The translations under genes and the position numbers were made by a program. From positions 9,786 through 73,785 of IMG/VR virus record IMGVR_UViG_3300044259_000026: a DNA stretch of 64,000 bases. One strand, 5' to 3'. Below, one piece after another: positions 28,004 to 36,916 of this stretch; the stretch's first letter is position 1; the number at the start of each line of letters is the position of its first letter. Source of the stretch: a virus (Duplodnaviria; Caudoviricetes). The notes under the pieces were generated by a model that was given only the letters and a program-made list of their open reading frames with translations, made no database searches and was not told the origin of the DNA.

Positions 28004-29821
28004 TTACTTGGAGCGGTAACGTTCGATCGTCTTCTCTTCAGCCTCGCTGACCCCGAGAGCCGACCAACCTTTCTTGGCAGCTTTCTTGATCTTGAGGATG
28101 GAATCCGCTGTGTTCACATCCATCTTGCCGTTGAGCAGGGATCGGATTCGATCACGAGGCGTACCAGTACCACCGGCAGGTGCAGCCTTGGCAGGCTTCA
28201 CTGCTTTGACTGGGATGACTTTGTCGTCATTGCGCGGGGCCTCCTTAGGAAGAGTCTTTGCAACAGCCTCAACGCCATCAGCCTTGGCGATGAGAGCCAA
28301 TGCAGCTTCAGCCACTTCCGCAGCTACGCCCAGCTTGTCCCACGACTTTTTGGCCGACTTCTTGAACTGCACGAGGTTACGGGCACGAGCCAAACGATCA
28401 CCATCAGTCTCGGCAGTCAGGAAGGATTCGACCAGAACTTCGACCGGCTTCTTGATTGCTACCGGGGCTGCCTTGGACAGGCCCTTGGTTGCCACAGCAG
28501 CGGCATCGACCTCGACATGCATGGTCTCGTCCGTATCTTGCAGGTGCTCGATGGACTCAGCATGCACGTCTTGCAGTTCGACCTCCTCGGCATCCTGCAC
28601 CTTGGTGATCCGCAGATCGGCACCGTAATGCCCACCGATCTCCACGGTCTCCAGAACTGGAGTGTGGTTACCGGCCACAGCATTCCCCAACAACTTCGTA
28701 TCCTTGAGTGGGCGGTTGCAGGTCACGTTGTCGTGATCCTCCTGGCTCAGCTCAGCGATGATGAAGTAGCCCTTGGCACGCAGCTTACGGGCGTCCGAGT
28801 GCGGTACGGCGATGACATCTTCCGGTGCCAGCTTGGCCAGCACACAGACATCGCCGCTGAAGCTCGACAGGTAGTCCCGGCGAGCCACATGCAGACCGTT
28901 GGAGCAGTCACGAGACCGGTTTGGATCGACCAGCTTCTCGTCCATGAAGACGTGAGAGCCGACCTTCTGCTTCACCTTACCCGAGTGGCAATCGACGTAG
29001 TAGTCGTCTTTTCGGCGCAGGCGTTTGTACACCAGCACGGTGCCATCGTCTGCAATCGGCAGCTCGCCCTTTTCCATGAAGGTCAGAAGATCCTTCAGAG
29101 AGTGGGCACGCTTGACCGAGGCAGCACGGCGGAAGAAGTTGGCCATGCCGACTGGGGAGCCCAGCTTGGCAGCGATAGCCTTGACCTGAACATCGATTTG
29201 CTCGATGCCATCGATGATGGTGCCGTCATCCAGCACTGCAACCACGGTGGTCTCTTCCTCTTCCGTCTCCGGAATGGCTTTGGTCATGCGGTCGAACTCT
29301 TCCGAACCCGCAGGTGCAGCGTGGGCCATGATTTCTGCCACGGCAGCTGCACTTTTGGTCAGAGGAGCCTGCTCGGCTTTCTGTTCTGGGGTTGGTTCAG
29401 CCTCTTCCAGACGCTCAACCACAACAGGTGAAGCTTCTTGGACAGGTACTGGGTTGGCTGGCTCAACCACAGGTACTTTGCCGACCATGGGACGGGGCTC
29501 CAGCGGATCGTCCACGAAGTGGTTGATGATCTCTTTGGCCTTCTTCTTGAGCATCCGGAAGAAGCGAACAGCGCCATTGAGTTGCTTCTCGGTCTCGGCA
29601 TAGTGGGCCGATTCCTTGATGTTGAGGAGCAGATCTTCGGGCAGTTCACAGACCGGAGGCAAACCGGCTTCAATGCAGGCCTCCAGTTCCGGGAACACCT
29701 TATCCACAAGATTGCGGATGCGGTGGTCACCTTGTTGAACAACGATGGATTCCCCGTTGTCCTTGTACAAGGTCAACTGCAGGCCATCCAAGTTCGCTGC
29801 AACAATACGAATGGTAGTCAT
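28004..29821 (-). CDS. rIIB: rIIB-like protein
   Basis: LPIADDG.VLVYK, DCHSG, VDPNR..DCSNGLHV; follows rIIA. Confidence 0.88.
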   Translation of the reverse strand: MTTIRIVAANLDGLQLTLYKDNGESIVVQQGDHRIRNLVDKVFPELEACIEAGLPPVCELPEDLLLNIKESAHYAETEKQLNGAVRFFRMLKKKAKEIINHFVDDPLEPRPMVGKVPVVEPANPVPVQEASPVVVERLEEAEPTPEQKAEQAPLTKSAAAVAEIMAHAAPAGSEEFDRMTKAIPETEEEETTVVAVLDDGTIIDGIEQIDVQVKAIAAKLGSPVGMANFFRRAASVKRAHSLKDLLTFMEKGELPIADDGTVLVYKRLRRKDDYYVDCHSGKVKQKVGSHVFMDEKLVDPNRSRDCSNGLHVARRDYLSSFSGDVCVLAKLAPEDVIAVPHSDARKLRAKGYFIIAELSQEDHDNVTCNRPLKDTKLLGNAVAGNHTPVLETVEIGGHYGADLRITKVQDAEEVELQDVHAESIEHLQDTDETMHVEVDAAAVATKGLSKAAPVAIKKPVEVLVESFLTAETDGDRLARARNLVQFKKSAKKSWDKLGVAAEVAEAALALIAKADGVEAVAKTLPKEAPRNDDKVIPVKAVKPAKAAPAGGTGTPRDRIRSLLNGKMDVNTADSILKIKKAAKKGWSALGVSEAEEKTIERYRSK

Positions 29822-29831
29822 AACTTTCCTC

Positions 29832-32228
29832 TTACTTGAGCAGTTCGCGCACAATGGTTTGTGCAACTTTGGTTTTGGGATGGTCCACAGGCAATGTTTC
29901 AAGGCAATGCCCCAAGGAACTCAAATCCAAGAACGACTTCCAAGGAGATTGCTCGATCTTGGTTTTCAGCTCTTTGACTTTTGGGGATTCCTTCACTTTC
30001 TCGGCCACCTTTGCACAGAGAGGCATCGCAGGGCGACGGTTCTCGTTGAAGAAGGTCAGCAACATTTCAGTCTCCCCGGAGATCGAGAAACGAATGCCCA
30101 AGTCCTTCATCAGCTCCTCATGCTGAAGCATGTTACGCAGGATGCGGTTCACATCCTCGTCCCGCCAGTAAGCCCCCTCTTCAACATATTTGCCGAAGGC
30201 AAGGTAACGTTTGAAGTCAGGGCGCTGGGACAAGTTACTGTCCACGTAGTTGGCAACGAAAGTTTTCAAGTCGGGAACCCCTTTGGCTTTGAGTGCAGAT
30301 TTCTGAACGGAAGTAACTACGGCAATTTTATCGCCCCAGAGTTTTTCAACAGCTTGGGACTCTTTTTCGGAGAACCAAGAGAACCAACGACCTTTGCAGT
30401 AGTGGGACTTGTTCTCCAACTCCACATAGGCGATTGGGTCCAACAGACCAGCCACGCTACCGTTCTCACGAGCGGTGCTGAGCAGGAAAGTTTCCCCATT
30501 GAAACTCTGAGACAGCGTGAGGTAACCCTTACGCTTAACTGCCGGTTTCTTCACCGCAGGCACAAAGTTCGGATCATCCGAAGGTTTGGCACGTTGAACC
30601 GGTTCAGGCACTTCAACGGTCACGTCGAAGCCAAGGTCTTCGAAAGTCTTTTTGGCTTCCTCAACCCGGTCTGGGTGATGGTGGGAGACGTATACGATGT
30701 AACCGTCTGCACCCCAATCATCCGTTCGGCGAACGTTTTGCAGAAACTTCTCTGCGGCTTTCTTGGATCGAACAATCAACACCTGTTGGAACAAGTGACC
30801 GATAGCATGTTCATTGCTGGTCAGGGTGCGGTGCTTCAACCGCCCCAGTTCACCGTACCAGCCATTGGAGATCCACAGCCTAGACCTGTCCATCTTCTCG
30901 ACAGCATCAATAGCTTGATAGACCGGGTAGGTAATGAACTTGTGAAAGACTGCGGTCATGCCGGTATAGCGACGATGCCCTCGGTAATCACGAATTCGTT
31001 CCTTCATCTGCTTGTACATTGCCCGGGCAAGTTTCATGTCCGGGAATGCGTTCTTCTTCAGAGCCATTCGAATCCGAGGGAAGAACAACTTGTCTGGCTC
31101 GATATACGAACCTTGCTGACTCAACAAGAAGTTCAGTCGGGCTTGACGAAGTGAGAAAGCATAATGTCCAGTGTGATGACTCAGTTGAGGACGAGCTTGA
31201 GCAATTGAGATGTTCTTACGGAAGACGGTTGGGGAAGGTGTTTCCTCAGCCAGCTTTTCATTAACCAACATTGCCTTGGTTTGCTTTGCAGCAATCTCAC
31301 AGGAACTCAGTTCTTTAGGGGAGAACTGAGCCAGCAGAGCTTTCAGCGTCTTCACCGTCCCTTCCGTGAAGTTCAGGGACTCCCGGTTGGGCGCAATCGA
31401 AATCGAGTCCGGGGGGGCCATGAAGATGATGACTTCATTGTGCAACTTGTTCATGTGGTCACGAACAAGTTTCCACTCGGTAGAGAAGCCGGTGTTCTCT
31501 GGCACTGGATATACCACGTTGCCATAGCGAACATTGATTCGGCTCAGCAAAGTACCATTGAAGCCCGTGATGATGTAACCAGTTGGGGATTCCAACAATG
31601 GCAATGGCTCTTTGACTTCTTGCCCGTTGACCGAAGCCAGAATGCCACCGAGCATTAATACTTCGTGGATAAGCCCGAGATATTCGCTACGCTCACCGGG
31701 CTTGATGGCGAAGGTGACAGTGATGCCAGTCTCTTCAGTAGGCAAAGACATGATCTTGTTGATCGAAGGTTTGCCACCCAGTTCCATCGAGGACTTGCTG
31801 ACTCGGTAGATGGTCTTGGTTCCGTTGTGGCAGCTGTCCACTTGGAAGTTGTCTGTCACAGCGAACGGGGCTTTCGAACCAAGGCCGAAGCCACCAGTTT
31901 GGGTGGAGTCGGTACGCTTGGTCGAGTTGCCGTAGGTCCCGTAGATCTCACCGATCTTCTCGTGAGGGATCCCCGGACCAAAGTCACGGATGGTAAGTTG
32001 GGTATCCGTGAGGGTAATTTGGAGTGGTACGTCGGTCTTGCCGACGACAATGTGCCCATCCCAACCGTTGCAGGCGACTTCACGTACAGCTGCCAGTTTG
32101 GGGTAGGTGTAGAGTGCCGAGGACAGGATGTGCATCAGTGCTGCACTATCGCTTACGCCCATCTCGACAGCTTCTTGATGGCCTACAAAGGCATGGGTTA
32201 CACGGTCTGCTACTTGACTCACTTCCAT
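29832..32228 (-). CDS. rIIA: rIIA-like protein (N-terminal GHKL/HSP90-like ATPase)
   Basis: REVACNGWD, IRDFGPGI, GGFGLGSKAPFA; AAGGAG RBS before ATG 32228. Confidence 0.9.
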   Translation of the reverse strand: MEVSQVADRVTHAFVGHQEAVEMGVSDSAALMHILSSALYTYPKLAAVREVACNGWDGHIVVGKTDVPLQITLTDTQLTIRDFGPGIPHEKIGEIYGTYGNSTKRTDSTQTGGFGLGSKAPFAVTDNFQVDSCHNGTKTIYRVSKSSMELGGKPSINKIMSLPTEETGITVTFAIKPGERSEYLGLIHEVLMLGGILASVNGQEVKEPLPLLESPTGYIITGFNGTLLSRINVRYGNVVYPVPENTGFSTEWKLVRDHMNKLHNEVIIFMAPPDSISIAPNRESLNFTEGTVKTLKALLAQFSPKELSSCEIAAKQTKAMLVNEKLAEETPSPTVFRKNISIAQARPQLSHHTGHYAFSLRQARLNFLLSQQGSYIEPDKLFFPRIRMALKKNAFPDMKLARAMYKQMKERIRDYRGHRRYTGMTAVFHKFITYPVYQAIDAVEKMDRSRLWISNGWYGELGRLKHRTLTSNEHAIGHLFQQVLIVRSKKAAEKFLQNVRRTDDWGADGYIVYVSHHHPDRVEEAKKTFEDLGFDVTVEVPEPVQRAKPSDDPNFVPAVKKPAVKRKGYLTLSQSFNGETFLLSTARENGSVAGLLDPIAYVELENKSHYCKGRWFSWFSEKESQAVEKLWGDKIAVVTSVQKSALKAKGVPDLKTFVANYVDSNLSQRPDFKRYLAFGKYVEEGAYWRDEDVNRILRNMLQHEELMKDLGIRFSISGETEMLLTFFNENRRPAMPLCAKVAEKVKESPKVKELKTKIEQSPWKSFLDLSSLGHCLETLPVDHPKTKVAQTIVRELLK

Positions 32229-32259
32229 GAGTGCGCTCCTTAGATCGAATAAGAGTGAA

Positions 32260-32285
32260 GCAACCCCCAAACATCTGAGGGTTGC
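32260..32285 (-). repeat. Intergenic hairpin, copy 1 (CAACCCTCAG...TGGGGGTTG)
   Basis: Inverted repeat whose arms are shared with 41850-41875. Confidence 0.55.
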
Positions 32286-32300
32286 AAACCAAACAAAGCC

Positions 32301-33209
32301 TTAACGGATGTACTCGTTCTTCAAGGTCTTGCGGAACTGAATCCAGCCCGGCAGATTGCCGTGCAAGCCGGGGTTTTCGAATGCATTGCACATGTAGGCA
32401 TCGTCGTAGTACAAGATGTCCGGAGTAGCCTGATGCTCGGTCGGGCTGGCATGGATGATTTCTGCCGTGACTAGCCGCTCGAAGAGTTTGATGTCCTCTT
32501 CGATGGATGGACGCTTACCTTCGTGGTTCAGGTAACTGACACGGGCACAGCGAGCAGCCGAGATCTTCTTGAGAACCTCATCGATCTCACTGTTCTTCGG
32601 CATGTCACGGGTGATGCGACCTTCCTGACACAGCTGGGTTGCAGCCAGACGGTCTTGGGGATCAATGAACGGCAGATGCCACTCACCGATATCCAGTTTC
32701 TGAGCCCGGCTCATGGAGCGTTCTTTCTTCCAGACTTGAGCCAGAAGCTGAATGTTTGGATCAGCATCCGTGTGGTCGCGCAGTCCATCGAAGTTCGAGT
32801 GCTTGACTGTGGTGACCACCACATGCATCCATTGGAAGGGTTCCAACAGTCGGTTGGCTACCTGCTTGTGCAGACCCAGCTCCATCAGAGTTTCAGCAGC
32901 ATCTGCTGCCTTATAGGCTGCATCGATCCAAGTACCGATAGCCTCTTCTTTGAGATGGTAGGAAATCTCCCCACCCGCTTGCATCCCAGCTTGGTTGGCT
33001 CCCCAATGAACCGGCATGGCCGGATCGTTACGAACCTGTTCGATGACTTTCTTGACGGGGATTGCCCGAGAGCTGGAAGCGTTACGGCTGAACTCGCGGT
33101 GGGTCATGAATTCAGCATGGATGAAACGGGGGTATTGCAGAACACTGGTGGTCAGGGTCTGACCAGATGGACCGACGCTATCCAGAATGACTTGGGCTTT
33201 GAACGGCAT
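32301..33209 (-). CDS. thyX: Flavin-dependent thymidylate synthase
   Basis: THREFSRNASSSRA ThyX motif; QVANRLLEP; HASPTEH. Confidence 0.92.
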   Translation of the reverse strand: MPFKAQVILDSVGPSGQTLTTSVLQYPRFIHAEFMTHREFSRNASSSRAIPVKKVIEQVRNDPAMPVHWGANQAGMQAGGEISYHLKEEAIGTWIDAAYKAADAAETLMELGLHKQVANRLLEPFQWMHVVVTTVKHSNFDGLRDHTDADPNIQLLAQVWKKERSMSRAQKLDIGEWHLPFIDPQDRLAATQLCQEGRITRDMPKNSEIDEVLKKISAARCARVSYLNHEGKRPSIEEDIKLFERLVTAEIIHASPTEHQATPDILYYDDAYMCNAFENPGLHGNLPGWIQFRKTLKNEYIR

Positions 33210-33235
33210 ATGAATCTCCTGTTGATGGAATCTGA

Positions 33236-33267
33236 AAAAAGAAAACCCCTCACTAGGAGGGGTTTTC
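33236..33267 (-). terminator. Rho-independent terminator
   Basis: AAAACCCCTC-ACTAG-GAGGGGTTTT; minus-strand T-tract. Confidence 0.8.
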
Positions 33268-33283
33268 TCGAACCGAAATGGCT

Positions 33284-33616
33284 TTAACTGAAGCCAGCAC
33301 CGGCACCTACGCCGGTCTTGCCACTGGCCACCCCGCTGGTCAGGGTCGAGGTCAGGTCTGCAAGACGGAAGCCATTCGATTCAGCGGTCAACTTGGCCGA
33401 ACTGCCCGTTCGTTCCGAGTCGATGGATTGCATGTGGGCCAGCTCAGCCTTCAGCTTGGCACACTCACCACCGTAGCTGCCCGAGGCGGCGACAGTGTAG
33501 CGCAGTTTCGAGATCAGATCGGGCCGTACATCGGCTTGAGCCGACAGGGAGAACCCGAGACAACTGGCCAGAGCCAGAGCAACATAACCTACCCAACGGT
33601 AGAGCGTACTTCGCAT
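33284..33616 (-). CDS. Putative exported protein (110 aa)
   Basis: Basic N-terminus, hydrophobic helix, AQA-D signal peptidase-like site; GAGG RBS. Confidence 0.65.
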   Translation of the reverse strand: MRSTLYRWVGYVALALASCLGFSLSAQADVRPDLISKLRYTVAASGSYGGECAKLKAELAHMQSIDSERTGSSAKLTAESNGFRLADLTSTLTSGVASGKTGVGAGAGFS

Positions 33617-33684
33617 AGTGTGATCCTCTTGGTTCACTGGTTTAGAGAATTGCAGCCTACCTCAAAGATAGACTGCGGTGCAAC

Positions 33685-33987
33685 TTACAGACGGCGAACT
33701 TTAAAGCTGACGCCCAGAGCTTCCAGCATGTCGGTCAGAGCCTTCAGCTCAGGAGGCAGCTCTACCGATTCCGATTGGGCTTCGGCTTCGCCGGTGGTCT
33801 TGTCCGAAGCCTGTGGCTCCTCTTCCTTGGCCTTCGGCAGCTGGACAAGGTTCAGCAGACGGTCCTCGACGGCCTTGATGACCGACGACGGGGAGTTGAT
33901 CGAGTACAGGTTGACCAGAGTCTGGGACAGGGCCAGAGCAGCTTGGGAGTTGATCTGGTTTACTTCAGCGTTGCAAACTTGGCACAT
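33685..33987 (-). CDS. Hypothetical protein (100 aa, MCQVC...)
   Basis: AAGGG RBS; N-terminal CxxC. Confidence 0.65.
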   Translation of the reverse strand: MCQVCNAEVNQINSQAALALSQTLVNLYSINSPSSVIKAVEDRLLNLVQLPKAKEEEPQASDKTTGEAEAQSESVELPPELKALTDMLEALGVSFKVRRL

Positions 33988-33997
33988 AGGATTTCCC

Positions 33998-34243
33998 TTA
34001 CAGTTGGGTTTTGGGTACAGACGATTTAGCTGTCTGATTGGGTTTGCACACAAACACCACTGGCTTGTTGAAGCCAGTTACGACAGTGTAAGCGTTCGAT
34101 TGGTTCAGGTGGTTGGCAGAGATCTGACAGAACTCGGAGCCAGATGGACCATGGAACGGTGCCATCACAATCTCCCGACAACCATCAACAGCATTACAGT
34201 TGCTTGCCATCAGGAAAGCGACAACCGCTCCAGCGTAGTCCAC
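33998..34243 (-). CDS. Hypothetical protein (81 aa)
   Basis: GAGGAG RBS, GTG start. Confidence 0.6.
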   Translation of the reverse strand: MDYAGAVVAFLMASNCNAVDGCREIVMAPFHGPSGSEFCQISANHLNQSNAYTVVTGFNKPVVFVCKPNQTAKSSVPKTQL

Positions 34244-34246
34244 TAC

Positions 34247-34501
34247 TTACTCCTCGTTATACCCCTCGGGTACTTTGTTACCTTCTTTCTCGAAGGCTTG
34301 GTTGATGTACTGCACCACGTCTCCGTGTGCCGGACCGAAGTCCGCCTTCTGGAAGAAGTAGCGGAGATACTTCAGCTCTTCCTCTAAGGTGACATCCAAT
34401 TCGACCAGTTTCGTCCCATAAGGGCAGGCCTTATTGAACTGAACGTAGCCTGTTTCACCGGCCTCGTGATCGGCAAGAGTTACTGCAAGTTCTTTGCTCA
34501 T
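34247..34501 (-). CDS. Hypothetical protein (84 aa)
   Basis: ATGA overlap with upstream gene. Confidence 0.65.
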   Translation of the reverse strand: MSKELAVTLADHEAGETGYVQFNKACPYGTKLVELDVTLEEELKYLRYFFQKADFGPAHGDVVQYINQAFEKEGNKVPEGYNEE

Positions 34502-34698
34502 GCTTTTCTCGGTTTTTGGCAATCTTCCAACCACTTCTCCAGATTCTCTGGAGTTACAGTTTGGTCGATACAATTGTTGATGAGGTAGGACGCGAACTTC
34601 TCCCAGATTTCGAGTTCTTTGATCCGCTCTACCTGTTTGAGGATGGTCTTGCGTTGACTTTCGTTACGCTCTTCCATCGTGTTCGTCGTCTCAGCCAT
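34498..34698 (-). CDS. Hypothetical protein (66 aa)
   Basis: GGAGG RBS; tightly packed. Confidence 0.65.
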   Translation of the reverse strand: MAETTNTMEERNESQRKTILKQVERIKELEIWEKFASYLINNCIDQTVTPENLEKWLEDCQKPRKA

Positions 34699-35208
34699 TT
34701 AGGCCTCCATCAACTCCTTCAGGGTGCTTTGCAGTTTGACGAGCTTCTCGCTCTTCTGACCTGCTTGGACCAGAGCTTCGTCCATTTCCAGAGCCAACAT
34801 CTCCAGATCGTCTGCGAGGACGGTCAGGAAAGTGGCTTGGGTACGCAGTGCAGTAGCTTTTTGGGCCAGCCGATCCGACAACAGTTGTTTGCTTGGTTCT
34901 TCTTTGCTCACGGTAACTTTTTCCTTTTTGATCGGCTCTGGTTTGACATTGCTTCGGAAGTTTTGCACGCCCGCCTCCGAGATCAGGCCACACTCTTTGA
35001 GTGTACGCAGGCAACCTGCAATAGCACTCTTGGTGTGGTTGTGTGGTTCAACGCGGGCCATTTCCCGACTGATTTCATCGATGTTCCAATGCTCCTGCAT
35101 TGGCACAGCGGCGAACACTTTGCGGGCCAGGTTAGTCTGTCCAGACAGAATGTTCTCAGCACGAATACGATTCACACTACCTCCGGTCGTTCCGAATGAA
35201 GGGTTCAT
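34699..35208 (-). CDS. Putative winged-helix DNA-binding protein with coiled-coil tail
   Basis: ARKVF..VP.QE.W..DEI...AIAGCLRTLKECGLISE pattern; heptad C-terminus. Confidence 0.6.
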   Translation of the reverse strand: MNPSFGTTGGSVNRIRAENILSGQTNLARKVFAAVPMQEHWNIDEISREMARVEPHNHTKSAIAGCLRTLKECGLISEAGVQNFRSNVKPEPIKKEKVTVSKEEPSKQLLSDRLAQKATALRTQATFLTVLADDLEMLALEMDEALVQAGQKSEKLVKLQSTLKELMEA

Positions 35209-35497
35209 TGTCTCCCATCATCCGGGAAACGGTATTGATGAACTCGATTGAGGCATCCACGATGTCCTCAGCTTCGAGTATGTCTTTGAGCTTCCGTTGA
35301 TGCCTTAAAGGCACTTGCGGAACCAAAGAAACAACCAACTTACGGAGTTTCTCCGGGCAGTCATGGAGACGATGACTCAAAGCCAACCTCACCTGAACAT
35401 TGTCCGGGGTCATTGTTCCTTCTGGTTCCTTGGCTCTCAGGTTCTGCATCCACTTTGGAAGCGTGAATACGTTAGAAGGCCCACGTTTGTGCTTCAT
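35177..35497 (-). CDS. Hypothetical protein (106 aa)
   Basis: GGGAG RBS before ATG 35497. Confidence 0.6.
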   Translation of the reverse strand: MKHKRGPSNVFTLPKWMQNLRAKEPEGTMTPDNVQVRLALSHRLHDCPEKLRKLVVSLVPQVPLRHQRKLKDILEAEDIVDASIEFINTVSRMMGDNEPFIRNDRR

Positions 35498-35499
35498 GA

Positions 35500-35826
35500 C
35501 TACTCCCAACGGTCGGTAGGCATTTCGTTTGACGGCTTGATGGCAGACTTCATGGATCGTTTGAAGGTCTCTTTATGTACCCACACTGAGCTTTCTTGCC
35601 AGTTGCGGCATACACTTTTGGGGACCCAAACCAAATGAAGATCTGTCAGTTCTAACTGAACAGCTTTTTCTGTCTCCGCCGTGATCCGGATAAACCGCAC
35701 CTTCTGGTGATAGAACAGGCTGTTTCTTGTGAAGGATCCTTGGGATGTACGACTGCAATCAGCATCGTCAAAACGACGATCATAGTCCTCCCAAGCATCC
35801 CCCTCGTGATCGAATGTATCGCTCAT
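35500..35826 (-). CDS. Hypothetical protein (108 aa)
   Basis: GGAG RBS; AETEKAV...WVPKS motif. Confidence 0.65.
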   Translation of the reverse strand: MSDTFDHEGDAWEDYDRRFDDADCSRTSQGSFTRNSLFYHQKVRFIRITAETEKAVQLELTDLHLVWVPKSVCRNWQESSVWVHKETFKRSMKSAIKPSNEMPTDRWE

Positions 35827-35876
35827 AGCGCACTCCAGAAAAAGAAATCCCAAGAACCGAAGTCCTTGGGAAATCA

Positions 35877-36077
35877 TTACTGGGTCACACGCAGTTCGTT
35901 ACGGGGAACCCACTGATTGTTGACCTTGACCATGCAGCCGACGAAGGCTCCATACTTGGTCTCACGATCAGTTTGTGCCCCGTAGATCTTGCAGGTGCCC
36001 ACGTTCCAGACACTCATGATAAGCATGACGCCCAGTACAGGTACGGCCAAGATGCCGAAGAGTTTCAACCATGACAT
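35877..36077 (-). CDS. Small membrane protein (66 aa)
   Basis: N-terminal TM helix; AGGAG RBS. Confidence 0.65.
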   Translation of the reverse strand: MSWLKLFGILAVPVLGVMLIMSVWNVGTCKIYGAQTDRETKYGAFVGCMVKVNNQWVPRNELRVTQ

Positions 36078-36190
36078 GGCACTGCTCCTGCTTGGATCCA
36101 TGCGATGAGTGAGTCCAGAAGGTCTGGTTCACCCACGCACATGATGATCAGAATCGTAAGGCAGATGCTGCCCACGGCGTCAGACGACAT
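36065..36190 (-). CDS. Small membrane protein (41 aa, MSSDAVGSICLTILII...GEPDLLDSLIAW), not in ORF track
   Basis: Hand translation; starts 3 nt after the TerB-like stop. Confidence 0.5.
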   Translation of the reverse strand: MSSDAVGSICLTILIIMCVGEPDLLDSLIAWIQAGAVPCHG

Positions 36191-36193
36191 GGC

Positions 36194-36631
36194 TTAGGCC
36201 AAGAAGCTTTCGAGGCGCAGGCCGAACAGTTGAGCAACATCCTTCAGGATCTTCTCTTCCTTTTCGTCCATCTCACCGTCAGCCAGAGCGACAGTCAGGC
36301 CAGCCACGAGAACGTCTTCCATTTCGTGCTTGTCGCCTTGGCACTGGCCGATCTCACGCATGATCTGGCTACGACCAGCCAGCATACCTACGTCACGCAG
36401 CAGGCTGTCGAAGCGGGCGTAGGTGGCACCGACTTCAGCACCGTAGTTGGCCAGAGCCGGGGTGTTGTCCAGCAGCTTCTGGACCTTGGCGCGTTCAGCG
36501 TCCGAGGCGTCACCGTCGGCGTACATGACCAGAATGGCGATGCCTACGGTGGCTTCCATCAGGTCTTTCTTTTCGAACTTGGCGATGTCACGAGCGGCTG
36601 CTTTGGCTTTCTTTTTGAAGAAACCGAACAT
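36194..36631 (-). CDS. terB: TerB-family (tellurite resistance-like) protein
   Basis: Duplicated motifs YADGDASDAE and LADGEMDEKE..L..VAQLFGL; GAGG RBS. Confidence 0.8.
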   Translation of the reverse strand: MFGFFKKKAKAAARDIAKFEKKDLMEATVGIAILVMYADGDASDAERAKVQKLLDNTPALANYGAEVGATYARFDSLLRDVGMLAGRSQIMREIGQCQGDKHEMEDVLVAGLTVALADGEMDEKEEKILKDVAQLFGLRLESFLA

Positions 36632-36682
36632 TGGGTAGATCCTCTTTGATGACAGTGAAAAGGCACTGACTACCTATTTGAA

Positions 36683-36795
36683 TGGCGCCCGCAGAGTGGA
36701 TTCGAACCACTGACCTTCAGCGACGGCGGATCTTTAACGGGAGCTACCCTAGATCCTGTGTGGCCGATGCTCTAACCGACTGAGCTACTTTGGGC
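36683..36795 (-). ncRNA. tRNA-like element with 41-nt structured anticodon loop
   Basis: D-arm TAGCTCAGTCGGTTAGAGC; anticodon stem TCGGC/GCTGA; variable AGGTC; T-arm AGTGG-TTCGAAT-CCACT; 3' CCA; imperfect acceptor stem. Confidence 0.8.
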
Positions 36796-36800
36796 ATAAA

Positions 36801-36895
36801 GCTGCATTGGTGGAATCACTGAGTGATTGCCCCTAGGATTCCCGGCCTGTCTTCAGCCACCCAGTAATTCCCCAATGCAGCCTAGAAAACTAGGC
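36801..36895 (-). ncRNA. Structured non-coding segment upstream of the tRNA-like element
   Basis: 10-bp inverted repeat GCTGCATTGG (36801-10) / CCAATGCAGC (36872-81), internal AATCAC-TGA-GTGATT, plus GCCTAG-AAAA-CTAGGC. Confidence 0.5.
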
Positions 36896-36916
36896 TACAT
36901 CTTGGTACTGCTAGCC

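Noticed and set aside
36722-36762. Insert as a canonical tRNA intron yielding tRNA-Val(CAC)
   Set aside because: Would give A33 instead of U33; no group I core or clear bulge-helix-bulge; the acceptor is also mismatched.
36845-36860. CTGAAGA as a hammerhead ribozyme core (also plus strand 56952)
   Set aside because: No correctly placed GAAA and stem II/III.
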